Positions 40,647 through 50,950 of a DNA stretch of 64,000 bases are shown in pieces. The notes beneath the pieces were generated by a model, which worked only from the letters and a program-made list of their open reading frames with translations, did no database searches and was not told where the DNA came from. Every line of letters starts with the position of its first letter. The first letter of the stretch is position 1. The position numbers and the translations under genes were made by a program. Source of the stretch: an uncultured Gemmatimonadaceae bacterium (GTDB taxonomy: Bacteria > Gemmatimonadota > Gemmatimonadetes > Gemmatimonadales > Gemmatimonadaceae); contig CAWAGQ010000004.1 of assembly GCA_963781585.1 (NCBI GenBank), positions 864,001 through 928,000 on the forward strand. The letters run 5' to 3'.

Positions 40647-42017
40647 TCAGGGGAGTTTGGCGCTGACGCGCACGGGCATGCCGGGCGCGATGTCGCCGCG
40701 CTGCCGCCTGATGATCTTCGCCGTGGCAGTGCGCAGCCCCACGCGCAGCACTGTGGCGACCGCGATCTCGCCAGAGTGGAGCGCGGCGGTGTCCTCTCCC
40801 ACCGGGCCAAGAAGGGTGACCTGATCGCCCGGCTTCACCCCGGAAAGCGTGCCGAGATTCACGATCACATCGTACTGCAGCGAGGGGAGGAGCGCCGAGC
40901 TGCCGATCCACACTACTTCGCCGGTCGCTCCGTTCGAAACCGGGACTGGATGTGCCGGCGTCGTGTCGGCGGGCAGTGCCAGCGGGAACAGCTGATCGGA
41001 GCAGGACATCGTTCCGAACTGTGCGAGCACCGTGGCGCGTGTCGCGGTGCCAGCCCCGCCGCTATCGACTCTGACGATGCCAGTTGGGACCATGACGGTG
41101 CCCAGCCCTTCGAGTTGGGGACCAACGTGTGCCGCGAGCAGACGATCGCCCGCGGACACGGGGACAGCCTCGGGCGGCGCCAGCACCATGCGATCCCCAT
41201 AGCGCACGACCGACGAGGCGCCGCCTGCCGAGTCTCCGCTGGTGGAGAACGCGAGACATCGGCCGGCGCCCCACATCGCATCTGCGCCCGGCCTCATGGT
41301 TCCCGGCGCGCCGCGGCTCGCGCCGCCTTGCACCCCTATCGCAATCCACTCGGCAGGCAGCACGAATGGCGCCGACACGTACTCCCAGGCCCGGACCGGA
41401 GCCGGCGGTGCCACTTCCGGCCCGATCGTGTCCGCGCCTAACGACATGGCGGGCGGGGGCGCCGCACCCGGCTCCTTGCCGAAGAAGATCGACCGCCCGG
41501 CCATCGTGGGCGCGCCCGGGGCCGGCGAGGCCGCTTCCAGTACCCCCGGGTGCTCGACCGCCGCCTGGGGTGGCCCGGGTTTCTTCACCGCCACCGTCTT
41601 TCGCGCCCCTCCGCCGGCGGGCGGCGCGGCTGGTTTGCTCACGGCGGGTGGACGCTGCCCGCCGGCATTGCGAGGCGCCGAAGCCCGGTTGGATTCACCA
41701 CGGGCCGCCGTTCCCATCGGCGCCGACGGGCTGCGGGTCGCTGCCGAACGCCGCGCCCTCGGCGGCAACACCAGTCGCAGACCGGTCTCCAGCTGATTCG
41801 GCGACGTCACATGCTCCCGGTTCAGGGACAGTATCTCGGTCCACCGATGCCCGTCTCCCAGGGAGTCTTGGGCGATCCGCCAGAGCGTTTCACCCGCCTT
41901 GACCACATGACTGCGCGTCCCCGTCGCGGCAGGTTGCGCGCCTAACAGCGCGGGGGCCACCAGGGCCCCCGCGAGCAATGCTACCAGCCAATCAGAACGG
42001 AAGGTCGTCGTCCTCAT
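40647..42017 (-). CDS. LysM peptidoglycan-binding protein (TsaP-like architecture)
   Basis: Signal peptide, LysM (HVVKAGETLWRIA...LNR...LRLVLP), Pro/Ala linker, C-terminal beta domain (VIVNLG...GVKPGD...ATVLRV...ATAKI). Confidence 0.8.
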   Translation of the reverse strand: MRTTTFRSDWLVALLAGALVAPALLGAQPAATGTRSHVVKAGETLWRIAQDSLGDGHRWTEILSLNREHVTSPNQLETGLRLVLPPRARRSAATRSPSAPMGTAARGESNRASAPRNAGGQRPPAVSKPAAPPAGGGARKTVAVKKPGPPQAAVEHPGVLEAASPAPGAPTMAGRSIFFGKEPGAAPPPAMSLGADTIGPEVAPPAPVRAWEYVSAPFVLPAEWIAIGVQGGASRGAPGTMRPGADAMWGAGRCLAFSTSGDSAGGASSVVRYGDRMVLAPPEAVPVSAGDRLLAAHVGPQLEGLGTVMVPTGIVRVDSGGAGTATRATVLAQFGTMSCSDQLFPLALPADTTPAHPVPVSNGATGEVVWIGSSALLPSLQYDVIVNLGTLSGVKPGDQVTLLGPVGEDTAALHSGEIAVATVLRVGLRTATAKIIRRQRGDIAPGMPVRVSAKLP

Positions 42018-42519
42018 CTTCCAGCGCTCCAGGGAAGTCTTGGAAGTCCTCACCGCCCCCGCCCCCGCCCTCACGGCTCGGAGCCGCGGTCGTGGAACGT
42101 GCGCGCTCCGTCGCGCCGCGCGCGCGTTGCCCGCCCCCCTCGGACCCATCCCCATCAGCCAGCGCCCCGCCGCTGCGCGACGAGAGCATGATCATCTCAC
42201 GGACGTTGATCTCGGTGCTGTATCGGGTCTGCCCGTCCCGATCCTGCCACTGCCGGTACTCGACGCGGCCTTCGACATACAGCCGATCGCCCTTCTTGAC
42301 ATAGCGCTCGACCACGTCCGCCAGCCCGGAACCCTTGATGTTCCAGAGCACACACCGGTGCCACTCGGTCTTTTCCTGGCGATCACCATTCGCGCCGTTC
42401 CAGGTGCGCGAGGTGGCGAGACTCAATTGCGCCACTCGACCGCCGTTTGACGTCGAGCGGATCTCGGGATCGTTCCCCACGTTCCCGATCAACATGACTT
42501 TGTTCAGGCTGCGGCTCAC
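41992..42519 (-). CDS. ssb: single-stranded DNA-binding protein
   Basis: LNKVMLIGNVGNDPE, EKTEWHR, YVEGR, C-terminal DDDLPF. AGGAGG SD. Confidence 0.97.
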   Translation of the reverse strand: MSRSLNKVMLIGNVGNDPEIRSTSNGGRVAQLSLATSRTWNGANGDRQEKTEWHRCVLWNIKGSGLADVVERYVKKGDRLYVEGRVEYRQWQDRDGQTRYSTEINVREMIMLSSRSGGALADGDGSEGGGQRARGATERARSTTAAPSREGGGGGGEDFQDFPGALEDEDDDLPF

Positions 42520-42658
42520 ATGTCCTCCTGGCGAGTGAAGTCTAACGGCTCGCCCATGAGAGTATCCAGATGCCGGCGCCGCGGCGCAAACGCGGCATTG
42601 CTGAGATAATCATTCGATTGCAAGCGAACGAGAGTATATGACCTCGTGGGCCACCCGC

Positions 42659-43207
42659 CTATCTCTTCAGGCTCACCGGGCCGGCGGCAGGAGCGCCGAG
42701 CTCGAGCCGCAACACCAGTGCGTCCTCGATTGGATGCGAATAGTAGCGCCGGCGACGACCGATCGCGTGGAATTCCAGCGACCCGTACAGGCCCTGGGCC
42801 GCCAGATTCGATTCGCGCACCTCCAGGAACATCGCAATCGCCGAACGGGCGCGGGCCCGCTCCACGACGTCGCGCAGCAGTAGCCGCCCGACACCGCGAC
42901 GGCGCATCCCGCGGCTCACCGCGAGATTCGCCAGCTCACTCTGCTCGGCAACCATGTAGAGCACCGTGTATCCGACGACCCGCCCCGCTCCCCCTCCCCC
43001 TCCCCCGCTCACGTCCACGCCCCCATCATCGCCCTCGCACGCAACCGAGAATTCCACCTCCGCCGAAAGCAGCAAATTGGCGAACGATGCGCGGCTCCAG
43101 GGCAGCGAGAACGACTCCCGCTCGATTGCCGCGACCGCATCGAGATCCTTCGGCTGGGCCCGCCGAATCGCGATCGCCGGCGCTCCGGTCGATGCATCGG
43201 CCTTCAC
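42659..43207 (-). CDS. rimI: ribosomal protein S18-alanine N-acetyltransferase
   Basis: IERESFSLPWS, NLAV..RRRGVG, FLEVRESN..AQGLY, RRRYY..EDA. Follows tsaB. Confidence 0.88.
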   Translation of the reverse strand: MKADASTGAPAIAIRRAQPKDLDAVAAIERESFSLPWSRASFANLLLSAEVEFSVACEGDDGGVDVSGGGGGGAGRVVGYTVLYMVAEQSELANLAVSRGMRRRGVGRLLLRDVVERARARSAIAMFLEVRESNLAAQGLYGSLEFHAIGRRRRYYSHPIEDALVLRLELGAPAAGPVSLKR

Positions 43208-43863
43208 CGTGCCTCCAACGCGCGCCCGTGCGCGCGCTCCCACCGCACCTGCGCCTCGGCCTTCCGACCGTAGTCGGGCTCCCACGCCGACAGGTCGACC
43301 CGTGCGGCGAGGCCATGCCGCAGCAGGCTCGCGAAACCGCGCGCGTGCGGCGCCATCCCCCGCGCTTCTCGCGGCCCCACCAATTCGGCGCCTGACGACG
43401 CGGCATGGCGTTCAGCGTCGGCGCGCGAGGTCAGCGCCGGGGTGTCCACCGGCCGCGGTACGCCGCCATCGTCAACATCGACCGCGAGCGTGAACAGGTC
43501 GCCTCGCATCGCATCGAGCGCCGCCACGTACCGGCCCGCCGCCAACGGCGGTTCGGCGCCGGCGATGATGAGCAACGGCGACGGAGCGACGAACAGCGGG
43601 AGCGTTCGCGCCACGCAGATGCCCTTCGCAATCGAGGCAGCGATCCGCAGCGATGTGAAACTTCCGGGCCCCGATCCGCACGCTACCGCCTCGAGCTGAT
43701 CGACGGAGATGCCGTGCGCCGTGAGCAGCTCGGCAATCGCCGGCAGCAATCGCTCTTCGCGCTCGCCACGCATCGCCGCCGAGGACGCGCCGACGACCAC
43801 GCCCGGCCGGACCAGCGCCACCGTGCCGAGGTAGGTCGATGCATCGAGCGCGAGCGTCAGCAT
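43204..43863 (-). CDS. tsaB: t6A tRNA modification protein TsaB
   Basis: LALDAST, GSGPGSFTSLRI, LDAMRG. Confidence 0.9.
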   Translation of the reverse strand: MLTLALDASTYLGTVALVRPGVVVGASSAAMRGEREERLLPAIAELLTAHGISVDQLEAVACGSGPGSFTSLRIAASIAKGICVARTLPLFVAPSPLLIIAGAEPPLAAGRYVAALDAMRGDLFTLAVDVDDGGVPRPVDTPALTSRADAERHAASSGAELVGPREARGMAPHARGFASLLRHGLAARVDLSAWEPDYGRKAEAQVRWERAHGRALEAR

Positions 43864-43865
43864 CT

Positions 43866-44324
43866 TCAGGGCTCCATCGTCAGGCGCCGCCGCTCCGGCT
43901 CGTCGCTCACGTGCGCCAGCGCGATCGGGACCGCCCCTTCGGGGAGACGCGGACCCGCACGCTCCGGCCACTCGACCAGAATCAGCGCGTTCGCGTTTAC
44001 CACGTCGTCCCATCCGATGTTCGTGAGCTCCGACGCGTCGTCCAGCCGGTAGAGATCCAGGTGATAGACCACGCTGCGCGTGCCGGCGTACTGATGGACG
44101 AGCGCATACGTGGGACTGGTGACATCGCCCTGAACGCCATAGCCGCGACCGATCGCCTGGATCAGCGTGGTCTTGCCGGCGCCGAGGTCGCCGGAAATGG
44201 CGACCACCAGCGGCGGACGCGCCGAGGCACCGAACCGCTCGCCCCAATCAACAAGTTCCTGCCGGGTCAGCGTGAGATCCGACCCACTCCCCTGCGTTGC
44301 TTTGTCAGTCGGAAGCGCGCTCAT
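43866..44324 (-). CDS. tsaE: t6A tRNA modification ATPase TsaE
   Basis: GDLGAGKTT, VTSPTY, HLDLYRL, VEWPER. Confidence 0.93.
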   Translation of the reverse strand: MSALPTDKATQGSGSDLTLTRQELVDWGERFGASARPPLVVAISGDLGAGKTTLIQAIGRGYGVQGDVTSPTYALVHQYAGTRSVVYHLDLYRLDDASELTNIGWDDVVNANALILVEWPERAGPRLPEGAVPIALAHVSDEPERRRLTMEP

Positions 44325-44388
44325 GCTGCGCACCCCCGGCACGACGGCCGCCGTATCACAGGCGCCGGGCATGTCGCGCGCCCCGGCA

Positions 44389-46446
44389 TCATCGACTCGC
44401 CCGGATCGCGGCGAACGCGTCGCGCGGACGGGAATGCGTCGCATCCCGTTTCGCGCGCAACTCGAAGACCTCGTCGCGCAGGCGCGCCGCGGTCTCGAAA
44501 TCGAGTTCCGCCGCCGCCATGCGCATCTCCTGCTCGAGATCGGTGATCAGCTTGTCCAGATCGGCCGCGTTGTACGACGCTCCCGCCTCGGCCACCCGTC
44601 GGAGCGCCTCGCGTTCTTCCTTCTCGAGTCGCGCGTCGGCGACGCGGGTAATGAAACGCACTTCCTCCACGCTCTTCACCACGCCCCTGGGCGTGATCCC
44701 GTGCGCTGTATTGTACTCCACCTGCATGGCGCGCCGCCGCCCTGTCTCCTCGAGACAGCGCTTCATGGAATCCGTCATCCTGTCGGCGTAGAAGATCGCG
44801 CGCCCGCTCACGTGCCGCGCCGCCCGGCCGACCGTCTGAATGAGCGAGCGGTCGCTGCGCAGGAAGCCCTCCTGGTCCGCATCGAGGATCGCCACCAGCG
44901 ACACTTCCGGCAGGTCCAGGCCCTCCCGCAGCAGGTTGATCCCTACCAGGACATCGAACTCGCCGAGCCGCAGCCCGCGTACGATCTCCATCCGCTCGAT
45001 GGCGTCGATGTCCGAGTGCATGTAGCGCACCCGGACGCCCATCTGCTGCAGGTAGTCGGTGAGATCTTCCGCCATCCGCTTGGTGAGCGTCGTGACCAGC
45101 ACGCGTTCACCCCGCCGCTCGCGGATCCGGATCTCGTTCAGCAGGTCGTCCACCTGCCCGCGCACCGGCCGGATGTCGATCTCCGGATCCACCAGGCCGG
45201 TGGGACGGATGATCTGCTCGACCACCACGCCCAGCGACAGCTCCAGCTCCAGGTCGGCGGGCGTGGCGCTCAACATCATCCCCTGCGGAAGGAGCGAGAG
45301 GAACTCGTCGAACATCAGTGGTCGGTTGTCGAGGGCCGACGGCAACCGGAAGCCGTACTCGACCAGCACCTCCTTCCGCGCGCGGTCGCCGTTGTACATC
45401 CCGCGCACCTGCGGAAGCGTGACGTGCGATTCGTCGACGATGACCAGGAAGTCGTCAGGGAAATAGTCGAGCAGGCACGCCGGCCGCTCGCCCTCGGCGC
45501 GTCCGGAGAGCGGACGCGAGTAGTTCTCGATGCCGGCGCAGGTGCCGATCTCGAGCATCATCTCGATGTCGAAGTTGGTGCGCGACTCCAGTCGCTGCGC
45601 CTCGAGCAGCTTCCCGGCGTTCCGCAACACCATCAGCCGCTCGACCAGTTCGGTCCGGATCACGTCCACCGCGCGCTCGAGCGACGGCCGTGACGTGATG
45701 AAATGCTTGGCCGGGTAGATGCCGGCGCGATCGAGGACCGCGATCGTCTCTCCGGTAAGTGGACTGATCTTGGAGAGCCGTTCGATCTCGTCGCCCCACA
45801 GCTCCACGCGCACGGCCTGTTCTTCGTAGGCCGGGAAGATCTCGACCGTGTCGCCGCGCACGCGAAAGGTGCCGCGATCGAACGCGACGTCGTTGCGCGA
45901 ATACTGGATGTTCACCAGTTGTCGCAGGATCTGGTTGCGCGCGATGTGCTGTCCCTTCTCCAGCATGACCATCTGCGCGCGATACTCGACCGGGTCGCCG
46001 AGTCCGTAGATCGCCGAGACGGTGGCGACGATGACGACGTCGTCGCGCTCCATGAGGCTCGACGTGGCCCGAAGGCGCAGCCGGTCGATGTCGTCGTTGA
46101 TCGACGCGTCCTTCTCGATGTATGTATCGGTCGACGGGACGTAGGCCTCGGGCTGGTAGTAGTCGTAGTACGAGATGAAGTACTCGACGGCGTTGGTCGG
46201 GAAGAAACTCTTCAGCTCTCCGTAGAGCTGCGCGGCCAGGGTCTTGTTGTGGGAGAGCACGAGCGTGGGTCGCCCGTGGTTGGCGATGACGTGCGCCATG
46301 GTCATCGTCTTTCCCGATCCGGTGACGCCGAGGAGTGTCTGGAACCGGTCGCCGCGCGCGAGGCCCGTCGTCAACTCGGCGATCGCCTTGGGCTGATCGC
46401 CTGAAGGTTCGAAGGGGGATTGGAGGGCGAACGCGGCGCGCGGCAT
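44389..46446 (-). CDS. uvrB: excinuclease ABC subunit B
   Basis: [33 protein letters not shown]-terminal UVR domain (FETAARLRD). Confidence 0.98.
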   Translation of the reverse strand: MPRAAFALQSPFEPSGDQPKAIAELTTGLARGDRFQTLLGVTGSGKTMTMAHVIANHGRPTLVLSHNKTLAAQLYGELKSFFPTNAVEYFISYYDYYQPEAYVPSTDTYIEKDASINDDIDRLRLRATSSLMERDDVVIVATVSAIYGLGDPVEYRAQMVMLEKGQHIARNQILRQLVNIQYSRNDVAFDRGTFRVRGDTVEIFPAYEEQAVRVELWGDEIERLSKISPLTGETIAVLDRAGIYPAKHFITSRPSLERAVDVIRTELVERLMVLRNAGKLLEAQRLESRTNFDIEMMLEIGTCAGIENYSRPLSGRAEGERPACLLDYFPDDFLVIVDESHVTLPQVRGMYNGDRARKEVLVEYGFRLPSALDNRPLMFDEFLSLLPQGMMLSATPADLELELSLGVVVEQIIRPTGLVDPEIDIRPVRGQVDDLLNEIRIRERRGERVLVTTLTKRMAEDLTDYLQQMGVRVRYMHSDIDAIERMEIVRGLRLGEFDVLVGINLLREGLDLPEVSLVAILDADQEGFLRSDRSLIQTVGRAARHVSGRAIFYADRMTDSMKRCLEETGRRRAMQVEYNTAHGITPRGVVKSVEEVRFITRVADARLEKEEREALRRVAEAGASYNAADLDKLITDLEQEMRMAAAELDFETAARLRDEVFELRAKRDATHSRPRDAFAAIRASR

Positions 46447-46454
46447 GAACTCTC

Positions 46455-46484
46455 AATATAGTGTGCGTGCCGGTTTTTGTTCGG
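46455..46484 (-). promoter_or_regulatory. putative uvrB -10 (TATATT, 8 nt before ATG) and upstream CCGAACAAAA element
   Basis: Seen directly. The same 10-mer occurs upstream of recA. Confidence 0.4.
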
Positions 46485-46516
46485 TATCACGCGACCTGCG
46501 TGGAGCCCGGCGGGGC

Positions 46517-47242
46517 TCAGCGCGACGGGGCTCGTCGCGCGCGAACGGGTCCGGGCCGATTCCCGGGGAACGGGCGCTCGAAGGCGCCGCCGAACAGCAG
46601 AAAGGTCCGCTGAGAGGGAGCGTAGCCGTGACACACTTCGGCCCAGCAGTCAGGATCCCGTCTTCCGACGATCCCCGTCGCGAACAGATGGGACCTGTTT
46701 CCGCGGTCGGTCCAGCCGTACGCTGCCGTTGGTGCCCAGATGGCGTGCCGCGCGCTGCGCCCTTCGCTGTTCACGAAGCCGACCGCGTTGGTGATAAACC
46801 AGGACTTGCCATTCGGCAGTCGGCGTCCGAACTGGACGTACGGGAGCACGACTGGCATCAGAAGGCGCTGGCCGCCGATGCCGATGCCGGCGTCGTAGTC
46901 ACCCAGGAAGGCAGCCGGTGCTTCAACATACACATCGATCGTGGGCGCGAACGCCAGGAGGGTTATCCCCGTGGCGAGACGTACCGCGGCCGTGGAATCG
47001 CTCTCGCCGCGGATTCCTGCCGCGATCTGGCCCGTGAGGGCGAAAGGGACGAACACCGGATGGCGCGTCGAGTCCCGCCGCGGGCCCTGCTGGCCGATCT
47101 CGAATCCGGCGTTCATGGTGAAGACGACGCCATGTTCCACGTGCGTGTCATGGGAAAGCATCGGGTAGCAGCCGACACCGGCGACCAGTGGGAGGGAGCA
47201 TATGCAGCGCCGGAGAGCCGCCGCAGTCGCGCGGCGTGTCAC
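46517..47242 (-). CDS. hypothetical lipoprotein / possible beta-barrel protein
   Basis: Basic N-terminus, lipobox-like VAGVGC, amphipathic beta-strand pattern. Start uncertain (ORF open to 47353). Confidence 0.55.
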   Translation of the reverse strand: MTRRATAAALRRCICSLPLVAGVGCYPMLSHDTHVEHGVVFTMNAGFEIGQQGPRRDSTRHPVFVPFALTGQIAAGIRGESDSTAAVRLATGITLLAFAPTIDVYVEAPAAFLGDYDAGIGIGGQRLLMPVVLPYVQFGRRLPNGKSWFITNAVGFVNSEGRSARHAIWAPTAAYGWTDRGNRSHLFATGIVGRRDPDCWAEVCHGYAPSQRTFLLFGGAFERPFPGNRPGPVRARRAPSR

Positions 47243-47541
47243 ACGGGCCCTTGCGCGCCCGAAGAGCTGGTGCCGGATTCGGCGCGCTGACGGCGCAACT
47301 GAATGGTCATTCGTCCCCCGATGTCCGACGTCCGGCGGGTTACCACGCGCCAAGATGAAGACACGCGAGGATCAGTCGACCCGCACACCGTAGAGGCCGT
47401 GGCTGCGGCCAACGTACAGCCGTGAAGGCAACGACGCAGGCGCACCGGACACCGTTGAACGCGATGATCCAGTCCGGCGGATTGATGGCATATCTGGTTC
47501 AGCAACACCGTCCACACAGCTTCGGCATCAGCACCCGGCAG

Positions 47542-48711
47542 TCAGCGCGCATCACCCAGGCCGATCGCCAGTCCGATCGTCAGCACGCAGAGGACCGCGC
47601 CAAGCAGAAATGGCGACGCCATCCCGGCGTGATCGAACAGCACTCCGTCCCACCACGGGAACACTGCCCGCGCCACACCGCCAAACGTCTGCTGCACCCC
47701 CATGTAGAGGCCACGGCTCTCCTTCGGCACCACCCGCGACAGCAACGCCGTCACCCCGGGAAAGGTGAACGCCGTGCCTAACGGCATCAGGGTACATGCG
47801 ATCGCCAGCATCCCGTAACTCGCGGACACGGCGAACAGCGCCATGCCCCCAGCCAGCAGCGCCAGCCCGAGCCGAGACAGCCGCACCTCGCCCAGCCGTT
47901 TCACCGCCGGTCCGAGCAGCAGGAGCCGCGTGACCACCCCCATCGCGCCGAACCACATGAAGAAGTAGCCGATCGTCCGCTCGGTCACCGCGAACCGCCG
48001 TTCGAGGAACTGCGCAAATACCGCCGGCAGCCCGTAGAAAGCGCCGATCGCGATCGTGTAGGTCCAGATGAGGCGGGACGGAACCGACCACGGCCGGCCC
48101 ACGATCCGCCAGATCGCCTGACGAGGCGGCGGTCCCCGCATCTCCCCCGTGAGGGCCGTGCGGGAATCGTGCGATTCGCGCAGGTACCGCCACGCGAACC
48201 CCATGTTCACCGCGGCCACCGTCGCCGCTCCCAGCCCCGGCGCCGCCGGTCCCCACGCCGCGATCAGCAGCGACCCCAGCCCGGGGCCGAGGACGACTCC
48301 GAGACTCGTCGCCGCCGACAGCCAGCCGAGCGCCTTGGCGCGCTCGTCAGGCGGCGTGATGTCCGTGACATACGCCTGCACCACGCCCACCGTGCCGCCG
48401 CCCAGTCCCTGCACAACCCGCGACACGAGCAGCAGCCAGAAGCTCGTCGCGAACCCGAACACCACGTAGGCGATCGCCGATGCGCCGAGTCCGACCAGCA
48501 ACGTCGGTCGCCGGCCGCGGTGGTCCGAGAGCCGTCCCCACCAGGGCGCGCTCACCAGCTGGGCCACCGAGAAGATCCCGATCAGAATCCCGATCTGCGC
48601 GCTGCTCGCGCCCATCCGCTCGGCGTAGAACGGGAGCAGCGGAATGACCAGCACGAACCCGATCATGTCGACCAGGGCCGTCACCAGCAGGACGCCGAAG
48701 CGGGCGTCCAC
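47542..48711 (-). CDS. MFS transporter (TetA/DHA1-like)
   Basis: DMIGFVLVIPLLPFY, motif A GRLSDHRGRRP, about 12 TM segments. Confidence 0.92.
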   Translation of the reverse strand: MDARFGVLLVTALVDMIGFVLVIPLLPFYAERMGASSAQIGILIGIFSVAQLVSAPWWGRLSDHRGRRPTLLVGLGASAIAYVVFGFATSFWLLLVSRVVQGLGGGTVGVVQAYVTDITPPDERAKALGWLSAATSLGVVLGPGLGSLLIAAWGPAAPGLGAATVAAVNMGFAWRYLRESHDSRTALTGEMRGPPPRQAIWRIVGRPWSVPSRLIWTYTIAIGAFYGLPAVFAQFLERRFAVTERTIGYFFMWFGAMGVVTRLLLLGPAVKRLGEVRLSRLGLALLAGGMALFAVSASYGMLAIACTLMPLGTAFTFPGVTALLSRVVPKESRGLYMGVQQTFGGVARAVFPWWDGVLFDHAGMASPFLLGAVLCVLTIGLAIGLGDAR

Positions 48712-50900
48712 TACTCGTCGGACGTGATGTGCTCGCGGCGCGCGACTTCCTTGATGCCCTTCACCCGCCGCGCGGCCTTCATGATCTTCTGCAGGTGAGC
48801 GAGGTTTTCGACCTCGACCATCGCCGCGCCCGTCACGCGGCCATCTACCGAGCGGAGTTCCAGCGTCCGGATGTCGGTTCCGGTCGCGCTCACCGCCGCC
48901 GCCACGTCGGCGTACAACCCGCGTCGGTCGATCCCTTCGAGCACCAACCGGACGAGAAATCGCTCGCCGGCCTGCTCCACCCAGTCGATTTCGAGGCGGC
49001 GCTCGGGCTCGTGGGCGAGGAGGAGGAGGTTGGGGCAGTCGGCGCGGTGGATGCTCACCCCGCGTCCGCGGGTGACGTATCCCACCACCGCGTCGCCCGG
49101 CACGGGCTGACAGCACTGGGCATAGCGCACCATCAGGCCGTCGGCCCCCTGGATGCGCACGCCGCGCGAGGTCCCGCGCATGCGGTCCATGAGCCGCACC
49201 CGGTCCATCAGCCGCTCGAGCGGTGTGGCCCTGGGCTGGTGGTCGGGCGACCCCTCCTGCTCTGGATAGAGGAGCTTGAGCACCTGCCCGACGCTCAGGT
49301 CTCCCTGGCCGATCGACGCGATCAGGTGCTGGCCGTCGGTGAGCTTCAAGGTGGCGGCCGCGGCCTCGAGGGCGTCGTCCTTGAGCTTCGGAAGGCGCCG
49401 CTTGCGCACCTCACGCTCGAGGATCTCGCGCCCGACCCGTTCCGATGACTGGTGCTCCTCCTGCCGCAGCCACTGCCGGATCTTGTGGCGCGCGCGTCCG
49501 GTGTGGACATGCGCCAGCCAGTCACGGCTCGGCTTCGCGTTAGGCGAAGTGATGATCTCGACCGTCTCCGAGTTCCTGAGCTGCCTGGCGAGCGGCGCGA
49601 TCCTGGCGTTCACCTTGGCCCCGGCGCAGTGGAGCCCCACTTCGGTATGGACCGCGAACGCGAAGTCGATCGGCGTCGCCCCCCGGGGCAGCTGGATCAC
49701 GTCCCCGGTCGGCGTGAAGACGAAGATTTCGTCCTGGTACAGGTCGAGCTTGAGGAATTCCAGGAACTCCGCGGGATCCTTGGCGTCGAGCTGCAGCTTC
49801 AGCACCTCCCGGAACCACTGGAGATGGCGGTCCAACTCGTCGGCCGACTTGGCGTCGGTCTTGTAGCGCCAGTGCGCCGCGATCCCGAACTCCGCCGTCC
49901 GGTGCTGGTCGCGGGTGCGGATCTGGATCTCGTACAGCTGCTTGCCGGGTCCGAAGATCGTGGTGTGGAGCGACTGGTAACCGTTCGACTTCGGCTGCCC
50001 GATGTAGTCCTTGATCCGCTCCTGAAGCGGGGTCCAGCCGTCGTGGATGACGCCTAACGCATGGTAGCAGTCGGGGACCGTATTCACCAGCACCCGGATC
50101 GCCAGCAGGTCGTAGATCTCCTCGTATGGCCGCTCGCGCTTCTGCATCTTCCTGTAGATCGACCACAGATGCTTGGCCCGGCCCGTCACCTCCACGTCGG
50201 GGATGCCGGCCTCCTTCAGCACGCGCTCGAGGGGAGCCTGCAGTTGCGCGATCAGCGCCTCCCGCTCGGCGCGCTTGGCGGCCACCAGCTTCGCCAGCTT
50301 CCGGTACTCGTCGGACTCGAGGAACTTGAACGACAGATCCTCCAGCTCCCAGCGCATCTTCGCCATACCGAAGCGGTGCGCAAGCGGGGCGTACAGGTCC
50401 ATCGTCTCCAGGGCGATGCGGTGCTGCTTGTCCTCAGGCAGCGAGTCCAGCGTCCGCATGTTGTGGAGCCGGTCGGCCAGCTTGATGATGATGACCCGCG
50501 CGTCCCTGGCGATCGACACGAGAAGCTTGCGGTAGTTCTCGACCTGGCGCTCCTCGGTCGAGTGCATCGGCAGGTGTCCGATCTTGGTCAGCCCGTCGAC
50601 GATCTGGGCCATCTCCGGACCAAACTCCCGCTCCACGTCTTCGATCCGGACCGGGGTGTCCTCCACCACGTCGTGGATGAGCCCCGTGGCGACCGTGGCT
50701 GAATCCAGCTGCAGCTCCGCCAGGATCTTGGCGACCTCTACGCAGTGCGTGACGAACGGATCGCCGTTCCGCCGGAACTGCCCCTCGTGCGCCCGCGCAC
50801 TGAACCGATACGCACGCGCGAGCAGGTCCAGGTCGAGGCGCTCCGAAAGCGCCTCTCCCACGGTCCAGCCGGGGATGAGTTCGGTCAGCGTTGTTGCCAT
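48711..50900 (-). CDS. rel: bifunctional (p)ppGpp synthetase/hydrolase Rel/SpoT
   Basis: HDVVED hydrolase, KLADRLHNMRTL, PKSNGYQSLHT, TGS (TPIDFAFAVHT), CCQPVPGD, ACT domain. Confidence 0.96.
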   Translation of the reverse strand: MATTLTELIPGWTVGEALSERLDLDLLARAYRFSARAHEGQFRRNGDPFVTHCVEVAKILAELQLDSATVATGLIHDVVEDTPVRIEDVEREFGPEMAQIVDGLTKIGHLPMHSTEERQVENYRKLLVSIARDARVIIIKLADRLHNMRTLDSLPEDKQHRIALETMDLYAPLAHRFGMAKMRWELEDLSFKFLESDEYRKLAKLVAAKRAEREALIAQLQAPLERVLKEAGIPDVEVTGRAKHLWSIYRKMQKRERPYEEIYDLLAIRVLVNTVPDCYHALGVIHDGWTPLQERIKDYIGQPKSNGYQSLHTTIFGPGKQLYEIQIRTRDQHRTAEFGIAAHWRYKTDAKSADELDRHLQWFREVLKLQLDAKDPAEFLEFLKLDLYQDEIFVFTPTGDVIQLPRGATPIDFAFAVHTEVGLHCAGAKVNARIAPLARQLRNSETVEIITSPNAKPSRDWLAHVHTGRARHKIRQWLRQEEHQSSERVGREILEREVRKRRLPKLKDDALEAAAATLKLTDGQHLIASIGQGDLSVGQVLKLLYPEQEGSPDHQPRATPLERLMDRVRLMDRMRGTSRGVRIQGADGLMVRYAQCCQPVPGDAVVGYVTRGRGVSIHRADCPNLLLLAHEPERRLEIDWVEQAGERFLVRLVLEGIDRRGLYADVAAAVSATGTDIRTLELRSVDGRVTGAAMVEVENLAHLQKIMKAARRVKGIKEVARREHITSDE

Positions 50901-50950
50901 CGGCCTTCGCGGAGATGAGTCGAGTCGGGGGAGACGCCCTTGGCCTCCGT

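Noticed and set aside
42598..42623. Fur-box-like GATAATCATT flanked by TTGC/GCAA upstream of ssb
   Set aside because: Only 10 of 19 positions match the Fur consensus and there is no iron-related gene context. It may simply be promoter sequence.
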